Below are positions 47,755 to 57,523 of a DNA stretch of 64,000 nucleotides, in pieces. The notes below the pieces were generated by a model, which saw only the letters and a list, made by a program, of their open reading frames with translations, was not told where the DNA came from and ran no database searches. The first letter of the stretch is position 1; every line of letters starts with the position of its first letter. A program made the translations under genes and the position numbers. Source of the stretch: Spirochaetia bacterium (GTDB lineage Bacteria > Spirochaetota > Spirochaetia > UBA9216); contig OY776510.1 in assembly GCA_963675665.1 (NCBI GenBank), forward strand, positions 2,336,001-2,400,000, in the 5' to 3' direction.

Positions 47755-49224
47755 TTATTCTACCCTGCATAACGTGAATGTGAAATCCCTGCCGTCGGCG
47801 GAGATAATAATCTCACTCTGACTGCAGCCGGCACCGGATGCATCTTTCAGCTTTTTGACTGCCTCCGGTATAAGGCCGACGGGTATTTCCTCTTTTGAGA
47901 CAGCAGGCACTATAACTGTTCGGAGAAGTCCCCGCTGAAGTTCCTGTTCAGTAGAATTTACTTCAACTGTCGTGCTTACCCGCTGACTGTAACCTCCCGA
48001 CGGCGAAGCTGTGCGCCTGAAATATTCCTCTCCCCGCCGGCAGCCGTATTCGCCTTCGCGAAGCAGGCAGCCTTTCGGGCAGACAATGCATACCAGGTAA
48101 TTCTCAGCTTCAATCCGTTTAAAAAAATCAGAGTTCAGATCTTTCTTCGGCTGAGGTTCAGCATAGGGTAGCTTACCGGCGGCATTTTCAGCTTTCCGGC
48201 GGAAATCTTCATTTTTTCTGATATATTCAAGCACGAAGTCAGCGGTTCTGATTCCTTCGGCCGCAGCGGAGTCGGCAAGGTCATTAATATGCAGGCAATT
48301 GCCTGCCGCGAAAAGTCCCGGAATATTTGTTTCGTATAGACTGTTTACTTTCGGATGAAAGTTATCCGGAAGTCTGACGCCGGCAGGTTTAACCGATTCA
48401 AGTTCAGGTATTAACCCCACGGCAAAAAGAACAGTGTCGCATTCAAATTCAATTTCGCTTCCGGGGAGTAACTCTCCCCCGGTTCCGACAGCCCGGCTTA
48501 TGACGGAACTGACTCTTCCCCGGCCGCAGATCTCCGTTATCTGCCTTCCAAGGTGAAGTTTTATCCCGAAATGATCCAGGCACTGGACCTTGTTTCTGAT
48601 TAGGCCGCTCAGCCATGGAAGCCTCTCAAGGACCGCAACCACATTAAACCCTTCAATGGTCAGTCTGCGGGCCATGATAAGCCCTATGTCGCCGGAGCCC
48701 TGGATTATTACTCTTTTGCCGGGTGCATAATGTTTCCGGTTGATTAAATTCTGCGCCTGGCCAGCGGTATAGATTCCTGCAGGTCGGCTGCCGGCCACTT
48801 CAATGTTTTCCCGGGTCCTTTCACGGCACCCTGTAGCGGTTATTATAACGCCGGTTTTTATGCTGAGCAGACCTGATTCTTTTGAGCTGATTCTGACGAT
48901 AAAACGGTCGTCCGGCAGTTTTTCGACTTTTCTTACCATTGACGCTCTTAGTACAACCGGAGGCGTCTGTGTTCTGTCGGCCGACTCGGCGATCAGGATT
49001 TCAAGTTCGTTTTTCAGCCGGCAGGCGAATTCCGGACCTGTAAGATCTTCCTTGTACAGCTCAAGCCCGAACCCGGTATGAATACACTGGTTAAGGATTC
49101 CCCCCGTTTCCCGTTCCCGTTCAATCAGAATAAAATCAGTCATTCCTTCCCGGGCAAGCTTGACTGCAGCGGCCAGCCCTGCCGGCCCGGAGCCGATAAT
49201 TACGCACCGGTATTCAGATCTCAT
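47755..49224 (-). CDS. FAD/NAD(P)-dependent oxidoreductase fused to a C-terminal DUF1667-like Cys domain
   Basis: GSGPAG, GGILNQCIHTGFG, ATGCRER, GSGDIGLIMARR; C-terminal CIVCPKGC...CRRG...RVSTTV. Confidence 0.85.
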   Translation of the reverse strand: MRSEYRCVIIGSGPAGLAAAVKLAREGMTDFILIERERETGGILNQCIHTGFGLELYKEDLTGPEFACRLKNELEILIAESADRTQTPPVVLRASMVRKVEKLPDDRFIVRISSKESGLLSIKTGVIITATGCRERTRENIEVAGSRPAGIYTAGQAQNLINRKHYAPGKRVIIQGSGDIGLIMARRLTIEGFNVVAVLERLPWLSGLIRNKVQCLDHFGIKLHLGRQITEICGRGRVSSVISRAVGTGGELLPGSEIEFECDTVLFAVGLIPELESVKPAGVRLPDNFHPKVNSLYETNIPGLFAAGNCLHINDLADSAAAEGIRTADFVLEYIRKNEDFRRKAENAAGKLPYAEPQPKKDLNSDFFKRIEAENYLVCIVCPKGCLLREGEYGCRRGEEYFRRTASPSGGYSQRVSTTVEVNSTEQELQRGLLRTVIVPAVSKEEIPVGLIPEAVKKLKDASGAGCSQSEIIISADGRDFTFTLCRVE

Positions 49225-50681
49225 TTTATCCTCCCGGAAAGCACCGGAGAGCCGGCAGAGCTTTTAACAATCTCTTCTACGCTGACGCCGGTTTCTTCGC
49301 TGATTATGTCTATTATGCGCGGCAGGCAGAAACCGCTCTGGCAGCGTCCCATCATAGCATATGTCCGTTTTTTTATTGCGCCGAGGTTGTGTGCGCCCAG
49401 GGGATTATGAACAGCCTGCAGGATCTCGGCCCTGCTTACCTGTTCACATCGGCAGATTATTTCAAAATAGTCCGGGTTTGTGGCTGCAAGTTTTATAAAG
49501 GCTGCTTCAGAAAGTTTTGCCGTGCGTATGATTCCTTTCCTCTGAGGGTTAAACGAAGGATTTAAATGCAGATCTGTTCGTGAACCTATCAGTTCTTCAA
49601 GAACATATTTGGCAATGGCCGGGGCGCTTGTAAGGCCCGGAGATTCTATGCCCAAAAGGTTTATCATACCGGGAAAAGTATCAGATTCTTCCATTATAAA
49701 GTCGGCAAAACTGAGGCCGCTGTTTTTTGCAAAAAGTTTGGGCCGCATGCCTGAATAATTTTTTATGAAAATATGGTCCCTGAGTTCCGGCATCAGTTCA
49801 ACAGCTTCTTTCTTCAAAAGGGCCATGATCTCGGCTGTATTTGATAGATCACTTCCGTCGTCAATATAATCCGCGGACGGACCGATCAGAATGTTCCCGT
49901 TGCAGGTAGGGGTAAGGTGTACACCCAGGCCGCTTCCGTCCGCAGGGGGAACAGGATATATCGGCATTTTTAGAAAGCTTCCATCTTCCTTGTCAGTGAT
50001 ATAGTACTCTCCGCGGCAGGGATAAATCGTTATTGAATGCGGTTCTATCAGAGATTTAATACCAGCCGCCTGCATTCCGGCGCTGTTAACAAGGAATCTG
50101 CAGCTGAAAATTCTGCCCTCCGACGCGGTCACTCTGAAGCCACCGGAAGGAAGGGGTTCAATCCGACTGACATCAGTATTCAGAAAGAATTCAACCCCGT
50201 TTTCCGCCGCGTTTTCTGCCAGAGCGATATTGAATTGAAAAGGGGTAATTATGCCGGTAGATTCGGACAGCAGCGCCCACTCGGCTTCAACTCCCGGTTC
50301 GTATTCGCGGATTTTTTCCTTTCCGATAATGGACAGACCGCTGCAGCCGTTCTTCTGCCCCTGTTCAAGAAGGCGTTTAAGGTAGGGGAGATCTTTATCA
50401 GATTTGCCGACTACGAGTTTTCCGCATATTTCATAATCGACATCAAGTTCTTCGGCAATACCGGGACACATTTTAAGACCCTGAACGTTAAACCGGGCCT
50501 TAAGCGAGCCCGGACGGACGTTGAAACCGGCATGAAGCACCCCGCTGTTGGCCTTGCTGATGCCTTCGGCTACGTCGGGTTCTTTTTCAAGAAGCGCGAT
50601 TTTAAGTTTATACTTCGAGGCTTCACGTGCAATTGCGCACCCGACAACGCCTCCGCCGATTATTAACAGATCATATTTCAT
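49221..50681 (-). CDS. GlpA/LhgO-like FAD oxidoreductase with BFD-like [2Fe-2S] domain
   Basis: IIGGGVVG, SKANSGVLHAG, GIESPGLTSAPA, CRCE...MGRCQSGFC. Confidence 0.9.
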   Translation of the reverse strand: MKYDLLIIGGGVVGCAIAREASKYKLKIALLEKEPDVAEGISKANSGVLHAGFNVRPGSLKARFNVQGLKMCPGIAEELDVDYEICGKLVVGKSDKDLPYLKRLLEQGQKNGCSGLSIIGKEKIREYEPGVEAEWALLSESTGIITPFQFNIALAENAAENGVEFFLNTDVSRIEPLPSGGFRVTASEGRIFSCRFLVNSAGMQAAGIKSLIEPHSITIYPCRGEYYITDKEDGSFLKMPIYPVPPADGSGLGVHLTPTCNGNILIGPSADYIDDGSDLSNTAEIMALLKKEAVELMPELRDHIFIKNYSGMRPKLFAKNSGLSFADFIMEESDTFPGMINLLGIESPGLTSAPAIAKYVLEELIGSRTDLHLNPSFNPQRKGIIRTAKLSEAAFIKLAATNPDYFEIICRCEQVSRAEILQAVHNPLGAHNLGAIKKRTYAMMGRCQSGFCLPRIIDIISEETGVSVEEIVKSSAGSPVLSGRIK

Positions 50682-50790
50682 GGCTTTGTGAACAATAATA
50701 TCGAATAAGGCGTCTGCTGTAAATAATAGTCTTTCGGCTTGTTTTCAAGTCAGCGCATGTACTAAAATAAAGAAAAGAGAGGAGGTCAGG

Positions 50791-51924
50791 ATGAGCAGTC
50801 CCGAAACAGCCTTTTTTAAACCCCGCAGGTCCTTTAACCGTATTTGGATAATAATGGCCGGTTTCGGTATTTTTATTCCAATAGGTATTATTATCTATTT
50901 CCTTTCCGGTGATCCTCAGGCTTTTATCATGTCGGCATTCGGAATTGTTCCGGTAATATATCTTCTTTACAGGATTTTGTCGCCCGGTTCGGTTTATTCG
51001 GTAGGCAGGGACGGTGTATTTCTGCGAAACGGCAGCTATAAAAGACTTATTCCGCTGGATGAAATCAGGGGGGGCGCGGTCCTGTCTGAAGACCAGGCAA
51101 GGAGTATCCTGTCAAAATATATGTTCCCGTCTGTTGAGAGCGAAAGAGAACGGGATATAAAACAGTGGTATAAATCAAACAAAGCCTACGGTTATTTTAC
51201 CGGATTCTGTACTGTGCCCATTGTTCAGGAACATGTTTCGGCCGGGAATGAAATCAATATTGTAAAATTCGGAACAAAGGTGACCGGGCAGTTTGTAATT
51301 ATAAAACTCGTTTCAGGAGAAGAATTCCTTATCAGTCCCGAAGACTGCAGCGGGTTTTATGAAGCCCTTTCCGCCGGGACAAACCTTGAAGATACAAGCC
51401 CCACCACCTCCTATAACTATTCAATGGACATAAACCGTAAACAGAAACTCAGGAAATTCTTCAGATGGTACCGGATAATCGGCGCTGTCGTAATACTGGC
51501 GATCGCGGCTGTTCTTCTGATAAACAACCTGGAACAGGTCCCTGCAGAAGACGCTGACGGGTGGATTGATACCGATACCTACCGGTTTTCCGTAACCGCG
51601 GGCCTCAGTTCGGGAAGTGAAAATCCCGATGAACGGGAACAGGAACTTTATCAGGCGGTATCAGAGAATTATGTTTACAGTTTTATCAGCACGATTATTG
51701 CATGGTATTGCCGCGAAGAGGGTTTTGAGCCCGATGAAGCGCAGTACGATGCTCTCCATGGTGCTTTATTAAAGCTGATTAATAAAATCGCCCCGGCGCC
51801 TTTATCCAAATCAATTAATGATGATGTTACTGAAATAGTAGTGGTAATTGAACTGTCGGAAGAAAATTTTCAGGCAACGGTTCGATCCGTTCTTAAGCAG
51901 GCTATAGGGGATCTTCAGCAGTAA
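50791..51924 (+). CDS. Hypothetical membrane protein (possible bacterial PH domain)
   Basis: GGAGG SD; 2+1 TM segments; RLIPLDEI and FLISPED resemble bacterial PH-domain motifs. Confidence 0.6.
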   Translation: MSSPETAFFKPRRSFNRIWIIMAGFGIFIPIGIIIYFLSGDPQAFIMSAFGIVPVIYLLYRILSPGSVYSVGRDGVFLRNGSYKRLIPLDEIRGGAVLSEDQARSILSKYMFPSVESERERDIKQWYKSNKAYGYFTGFCTVPIVQEHVSAGNEINIVKFGTKVTGQFVIIKLVSGEEFLISPEDCSGFYEALSAGTNLEDTSPTTSYNYSMDINRKQKLRKFFRWYRIIGAVVILAIAAVLLINNLEQVPAEDADGWIDTDTYRFSVTAGLSSGSENPDEREQELYQAVSENYVYSFISTIIAWYCREEGFEPDEAQYDALHGALLKLINKIAPAPLSKSINDDVTEIVVVIELSEENFQATVRSVLKQAIGDLQQ

Positions 51925-52170
51925 TACCGATGCATAAAAAGAAGAAACTATTGACAAAGCCTGTTAAAAGTTTTATCAGAGAATATAAGTCCGGCAGACA
52001 ACGGACCCTTTATGCTAACAATGTCTGCTTATATCTGTATTAAGGTATAAGCGGTTGAATTGGAAGGCATGCCTCCTCTGTGTATATATCCTGCCTTTTT
52101 TTTCAGCCGTTCCTGATGGAGGGATACATTAATTGAATTCGTTTATGCAATTTGAAAGCGGTGTTTTATT

Positions 52171-53232
52171 ATGAGGATAACCGATAATGCTTCAGGTCAG
52201 CTCCCGCTGGTATCAGAAGAGATTTTTGAGTTAACGAGAACCGCCTCGGATCCTGATGTAGACATAGGTTACCGGCTGGAAGCTTTTGAGGATATTATTG
52301 CCTCGGAAGTAGGCGATACCCTGCTGGCCCGTGCTCGCAATATTGAACGTGAAAACGGACTAAGACAGATTTATCTGAAATTTGAAGGCGGAAACCCTTC
52401 CGGTACACAGAAAGACAGGATAGCATTTGCCCAGGTCCAGGATGCCATGCGCAGGGGATACGGAACCATTTGCGTTGCTACATGCGGAAACTACGGCGTT
52501 GCTGTTGCCTTTGCCGCCCATCTGGCGGGAATAAAATGCTGCATTTTTGTCCCGGTCGGATATCATACAAAGCGTGAAGAGGAGATGAGAAAATGGGGAG
52601 CGGATATTATCCGCGAAGGTGTTGATTATGAAGATTCGGTTGTTATTTCCAGTCGAAAAGCAGCGGAACAGGATTATTACGATGCAAACCCCGGCGCGCA
52701 GAACACAGCGCTCCAGCTGAAAGCTTACGGTGAAATAGCCTATGAAATTTATGATGAATTGAGAGATGCGCCTGCAGCAATTGCCGTACCGGTTTCCAAC
52801 GGCACAACGCTTTTTGGTATTTACAGGGGGTTTCAACAGCTCTACAGAAGGGGCAAGACCTCACGAATACCGAAAATAATTGCCGGTTCCAGTTCAAAAA
52901 TGAACCCTATTATTTCCTCATATAAAAAAGGGTTGTCATACTGTGAAGATCTTGATCCGAAAAAGATTCGCGAATCCGTCATTAATGAACCGTTGATTAA
53001 CTGGCATTCGATTGACGGAAATGCTGCAATAGAAGCGATAAATGATTCAGACGGCTGGGCCTGGGAGGCCGGCGACCGGAAGATGCTTCATTATGCAAAT
53101 TATATCAAGAAAAACGAAGGACTTTCAGTATTACCGGCTTCGACAGCCGGATTGCTGGCATTGCTTGAAATGAATAACAGAAATGCGCTGCCGGGCGACC
53201 GATATGTTGTCCTGCTGACGGGAAGGGGGTAG
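52171..53232 (+). CDS. PLP-dependent enzyme, threonine synthase-like (fold type II)
   Basis: LKFEGGNPSGTQKDR (PLP lysine), ATCGNYG, VPVSNGT. Confidence 0.85.
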   Translation: MRITDNASGQLPLVSEEIFELTRTASDPDVDIGYRLEAFEDIIASEVGDTLLARARNIERENGLRQIYLKFEGGNPSGTQKDRIAFAQVQDAMRRGYGTICVATCGNYGVAVAFAAHLAGIKCCIFVPVGYHTKREEEMRKWGADIIREGVDYEDSVVISSRKAAEQDYYDANPGAQNTALQLKAYGEIAYEIYDELRDAPAAIAVPVSNGTTLFGIYRGFQQLYRRGKTSRIPKIIAGSSSKMNPIISSYKKGLSYCEDLDPKKIRESVINEPLINWHSIDGNAAIEAINDSDGWAWEAGDRKMLHYANYIKKNEGLSVLPASTAGLLALLEMNNRNALPGDRYVVLLTGRG

Positions 53233-53235
53233 TTA

Positions 53236-54288
53236 ATGGACGGTACAGCTGTAGTATACTGTGAGGGTGCATTCGACAGCACATATGGAAAGACCGCGCA
53301 CGGCCTTGTACGCTTTACTGAAAGATACAAAATCGCCGGGGTTATAGACAGTTCGCTGGCCGGGCAGGATGCCGGCATGGTTCTTGATAAAAAGACTTCG
53401 GGCATTCCTGTTGTCAGAAACCTGACAGAGGCTTTTGAAAAGGCTGAAGCCGCAGGATTAAAACTTACTCATTTTGTTGTCGGTATTGCAACCGACGGCG
53501 GATACCTTGAGCAGCCGGTCATTGATGCTGCGTTCGAAGCGGTCGATGCCGGCCTGAACCTCGATTCGGGCCTGCATGAGTTCCTGTCGGATATTAGAGA
53601 TCTCAGAATAAAAGCAGAATCTGCCGGTCTTGTTATCAGGGACATCCGTCGCCAGGATCTTCGGAGGCCGCATTCTTTTACCGGTAAAATTGAAAAAACA
53701 GGCTCGAAACGAATTGCAGTACTCGGAACAGATTCTGCAATTGGCAAGCGCACGACGGCCTGGATTCTGGTTCATGCACTGCGTGCCGCCGGGCGAACTG
53801 CGGAGATGATCGGTACCGGCCAGACCGCCTGGATGCAGGGGGCTGCATACGGAATAATTCTTGATTCACTTCTGAACGATTACATCAGCGGAGAACTGGA
53901 GCATGCAGTCTGGTCTGCCTGGAATGACAAAGGCATGGATTTCGCAGTAATAGAGGGGCAGGGAAGCCTTATGAACCCGGCATATCCCGGCGGGTTTGAA
54001 ATTATTGCCGCCGGCCGGCCGCATGGAATTATCATGCAGCATGCTCCGGCGCGTCTGGAATATGACGGGTTTCCCGGATATCCGCTTGATTCGCTTGAAG
54101 ACCAGATCCATATTGCCGAGTTTTTGTCAAAAAAGCCGGTTGTTGCCGTAACCGTAAATCATGAAAATATTCAACCCGAAAAACTGGATGAGGTCTGTGC
54201 TGAAATCAGCAGGCTTACCGGTCTTCCGGCTGTTGATCCGCTGATTCACGGAATGGATTCACTGGTTCCTGTAATCGAAGCCCTGTAA
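53236..54288 (+). CDS. DUF1611 protein (DgcN-like)
   Basis: GKTAHGL, SGLHEFL, GTDSAIGKRTT, GTGQT, IEGQGSL motifs. Confidence 0.88.
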   Translation: MDGTAVVYCEGAFDSTYGKTAHGLVRFTERYKIAGVIDSSLAGQDAGMVLDKKTSGIPVVRNLTEAFEKAEAAGLKLTHFVVGIATDGGYLEQPVIDAAFEAVDAGLNLDSGLHEFLSDIRDLRIKAESAGLVIRDIRRQDLRRPHSFTGKIEKTGSKRIAVLGTDSAIGKRTTAWILVHALRAAGRTAEMIGTGQTAWMQGAAYGIILDSLLNDYISGELEHAVWSAWNDKGMDFAVIEGQGSLMNPAYPGGFEIIAAGRPHGIIMQHAPARLEYDGFPGYPLDSLEDQIHIAEFLSKKPVVAVTVNHENIQPEKLDEVCAEISRLTGLPAVDPLIHGMDSLVPVIEAL

Positions 54289-54290
54289 AA

Positions 54291-55349
54291 ATGGTAATAG
54301 ACTCTGTCGAGGCTGTAAAACTTGATCTGCCGATGAAATACCCGTATTCGGTGGCGTATGAGTCTTTTGACAGGGCCGAGAATGTTCTGATAAGGCTGAG
54401 TGCTGGAGGGTTGACCGGCTGGGGATGCGCCGCGCCGGATCCTCATGTGACCGGCGAATACCCTGAGACAATTCACAAGCTGGCGTTAGATCTTCTGCCG
54501 GCTCTTATCGGTAAGGATCCGTTCCGGAAAGCAAGTATAATGAATCAGCTTAAGAAAGATGCGGCAAAGGCATTCAGCCTCTGGGCTGCGGTCGACATGG
54601 CGCTGTGGGATCTGCTTGGTAAAAAAGCTGATTTGCCGGTCTGGAAGATTCTCGGAGGGTACAGGGAAAGAATCAGAACAAGCGTTACGATAGGGATATG
54701 CGGTATTGACGAGACAATGAGATCCTCGCGAGAGCTGGTTGATGAGGGGTTTTCCGTGATAAAACTCAAGGGAGGTCATGATGTTTTTGAGGATCTTGAG
54801 CGTCTGAGGGCCATGCGTACGGAGTTCGGAGATTCGCTGCATGTAAGGTTTGATGCAAACCAGGGGTATTCTCTTGATGAAGCGCTTTATTTTCTTGCAA
54901 AATCGGAGGATCTGGCCATTGAACTGTTCGAGCAGCCAACAGCAAAAGCCGAACCTGAGCTACTCGGAGTAGTCACGAAAAAATCGGAAACCCCGATAAT
55001 GGCTGACGAGAGCCTGGTTTCGCTGCTTGATGCTTTTCACCTGGTGAAAAAAGGCTTAATTGATTTAATGAATATAAAGATCATGAAGGTTGGAGGAATC
55101 ACCGAAGCAATACAGGTTGATGCCGTCGCCAGGTCGGCAGCAGTGGAGGTGATGGTCGGGTGTATGGACGAATCGGCTCTCGGTATTGCCGCAGGACTGC
55201 ATTTTGCGCTCAGCAGAAAAAATATCCGTTATGCCGATCTTGACGGTCACTTCGGGTTGAAAAACGATCCTGCTGCAGGGGCCGTAATCCTGAAAAAAGG
55301 TTATCTCTACCCGGCAAAAGGCCCCGGGCTCGGCTGGGGCGGGCTGTAG
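54291..55349 (+). CDS. Dipeptide epimerase (L-Ala-D/L-Glu epimerase family, enolase superfamily)
   Basis: KLK, DANQG, EQP, ADES, NIKIMKVGG, GCMDES, DLDG. Confidence 0.9.
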   Translation: MVIDSVEAVKLDLPMKYPYSVAYESFDRAENVLIRLSAGGLTGWGCAAPDPHVTGEYPETIHKLALDLLPALIGKDPFRKASIMNQLKKDAAKAFSLWAAVDMALWDLLGKKADLPVWKILGGYRERIRTSVTIGICGIDETMRSSRELVDEGFSVIKLKGGHDVFEDLERLRAMRTEFGDSLHVRFDANQGYSLDEALYFLAKSEDLAIELFEQPTAKAEPELLGVVTKKSETPIMADESLVSLLDAFHLVKKGLIDLMNIKIMKVGGITEAIQVDAVARSAAVEVMVGCMDESALGIAAGLHFALSRKNIRYADLDGHFGLKNDPAAGAVILKKGYLYPAKGPGLGWGGL

Positions 55350-55365
55350 GCTGTTAAGCCCGTAA

Positions 55366-56298
55366 TTAGAGATATCTTTTTATCAGCGGCAGCAGTTGAT
55401 TAATATCTTCTTCGGCCTGGTTGTATTCATTAATAATTATCTTCTGCCAGTTATCAATTTTTCGAAGCTCGCGTGGCGTCATTGAGAATATTTTTTTGAA
55501 ATACCTGTTAAAGTACCGGATATCGGAAAAACCTGTTTCCAGGGCAATATCTATCAGTTTATTTGATGAATTCATCATAAGTTTAATTGCATGTTGTGTT
55601 CTTATCAGTCCCAGGTTTTCCTGAAAAGAGTATCCGGTATATTTTTTTATAAGATGTGAAACATAAAATGTACTCAATTCAAGAGTCTCAGCCAGATCCT
55701 GCAGAGAGATATTTTCCTGATGATTCGTATTAATGAAATCAAGCATCTTTTTCAGTCTGTTGTTCCTGTTATCGGTTTCAGTGAATGCTTCATGTTCTTC
55801 AGGTCCTTCTGAGTAATTTCTGGATATCAGCCCGATAATTGTATAAACCTCGCCGATACAGATGAAATCGAACCCCTTTTTCTTTTCCAGAACCTCAATC
55901 ATTATCGTTGCCAATGAGCTGCAGATTTTTCTGTATTCCGTACTGGACTTATTAAAATAAGTTGGAAGTTTGAAGCGGACGGTCCGCAGATTGCGATGAT
56001 ATTCGCTTGATATATCGGGATCAATCTGAAGTGCTAAAAGCAAGTTTCCTTTTTCTCCCTGAATCAAGCCGTGAAAGTCGTTTGGATTCGTCAGGAAGAT
56101 ATCTCCTTCCGAAAGACGTTTATTTCCTTCATGAGTCATAAAATTCACTTCACCTTTAAGAACAAGGATCAGCTCTATGTCCTTGTGCCAGTGAAATCCG
56201 CGAAATCCTATTGATATGAAAAATATCTTAAACGGTAAAGATGATTCGTGGTGCACATATTCATAGGTTATCTGAGAGAAGTCGAATTCCCTTTTCAT
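55366..56298 (-). CDS. AraC-family transcriptional regulator
   Basis: HWHKDIEL cupin; DIALETGFSDIRYFNRYFKKIFSMTPRELR; ATG at 56298. Confidence 0.93.
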   Translation of the reverse strand: MKREFDFSQITYEYVHHESSLPFKIFFISIGFRGFHWHKDIELILVLKGEVNFMTHEGNKRLSEGDIFLTNPNDFHGLIQGEKGNLLLALQIDPDISSEYHRNLRTVRFKLPTYFNKSSTEYRKICSSLATIMIEVLEKKKGFDFICIGEVYTIIGLISRNYSEGPEEHEAFTETDNRNNRLKKMLDFINTNHQENISLQDLAETLELSTFYVSHLIKKYTGYSFQENLGLIRTQHAIKLMMNSSNKLIDIALETGFSDIRYFNRYFKKIFSMTPRELRKIDNWQKIIINEYNQAEEDINQLLPLIKRYL

Positions 56299-56412
56299 AC
56301 TTGTATTTTTACAGAATATAGCAAGATTGTCTACTAAATTGAGCAAGAGCAGTATGGAACGAATCGAAAAATCTGCATTATAGTATAAAAAACAAATAAT
56401 CAGGAGAAAATA

Positions 56413-57444
56413 ATGGCTGAATTCAAGTTTTCTGTCGGACCCTGGAATGTTCATGAAGGAGCGGATGCTTTTGGTCCGGAAGTTAGAGAGAGCATTGATT
56501 TTGAAAAAAAAGTTCTGAAATTCAAGGAAATAGGTTTATCGGCAGTTCAGTTTCATGATGACGACGCTGTTCCGGAGATGAACAGCATGACTGAAGAGCA
56601 GATCAAAAAGGCCGCAGGGGACGTTAAGGCCCTGCTGGACAGTCAGGGCCTTGCCGCTGAATTTGTTGCTCCCCGGTTGTGGATGGATCCGCATACGACG
56701 GACGGCGGTTTTACATCCAACAGCAAGGAAGACAGGGATTTTGCGATGTGGAGGGCGTTTCGGTCGATTGATATAGCAAGAGCACTCGGAACTGACAAGA
56801 TTGTCTTGTGGCTGGCACGCGAAGGCACTCTGTGCGCTGAGAGCAAAGAAACCGTTGAAGGGGTAAACAGGCTTATCGCCTCAATAAACGCGATGCTTGA
56901 TTATGATTCCTCCATAAAAGTCATAGTTGAACCAAAACCCAATGAGCCTATTGACCGGAGCTTCTGCCCGACAATGGGACATGTTATGGCTGTCTCGGCG
57001 GCAAGCAAGGACCCTTCCAGGGTCGGCGGACTTCTTGAATCGGCCCACGCGATTTTGGCCGGGCTTGATCCTGCAAACGAGATTGCTTTTGCGCTTGCAA
57101 TGGGCAAGCTGTTCGGTGTTCATCTGAACGACCAGAACGGAATGAAATATGATCAGGATAAGTCTTTCGGAGTTGAAAATCTTCGCCAGGCGTTTAACCA
57201 GGTTAAGGTCCTTAAAGAAAATAATTACGGCTCAAAAGGTGAGTATGTAGGCCTTGATGTGAAAGTTATGAGAACTCAAAAGATTGACGACTGTTACCGC
57301 CACATTGAAAACAGCATAAAGATTTTCAGAATGCTCGAAGCCAAGGTTGCAAAGTTTGATTATGATCTTCAGAAAAAACTTGTTGCAGAACGAAATTATG
57401 AAGCCCTAGAAATGTATGTAATGGAACTTTTACTGAAGGGCTGA
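56413..57444 (+). CDS. xylA: Xylose isomerase-like sugar isomerase (short type)
   Basis: FHDDD, LWLAREG, EPKPNEP, E-x-x-H, HLNDQNGMKYDQD metal-binding motifs; substrate not established. Confidence 0.75.
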   Translation: MAEFKFSVGPWNVHEGADAFGPEVRESIDFEKKVLKFKEIGLSAVQFHDDDAVPEMNSMTEEQIKKAAGDVKALLDSQGLAAEFVAPRLWMDPHTTDGGFTSNSKEDRDFAMWRAFRSIDIARALGTDKIVLWLAREGTLCAESKETVEGVNRLIASINAMLDYDSSIKVIVEPKPNEPIDRSFCPTMGHVMAVSAASKDPSRVGGLLESAHAILAGLDPANEIAFALAMGKLFGVHLNDQNGMKYDQDKSFGVENLRQAFNQVKVLKENNYGSKGEYVGLDVKVMRTQKIDDCYRHIENSIKIFRMLEAKVAKFDYDLQKKLVAERNYEALEMYVMELLLKG

Positions 57445-57523
57445 ATAGTATAAACTCGGTTTATTCCGCCCAAAGGACATGCTCCTGCGGACGGAATGAA
57501 AAATCGGATGAAGCAGGGCTGTG

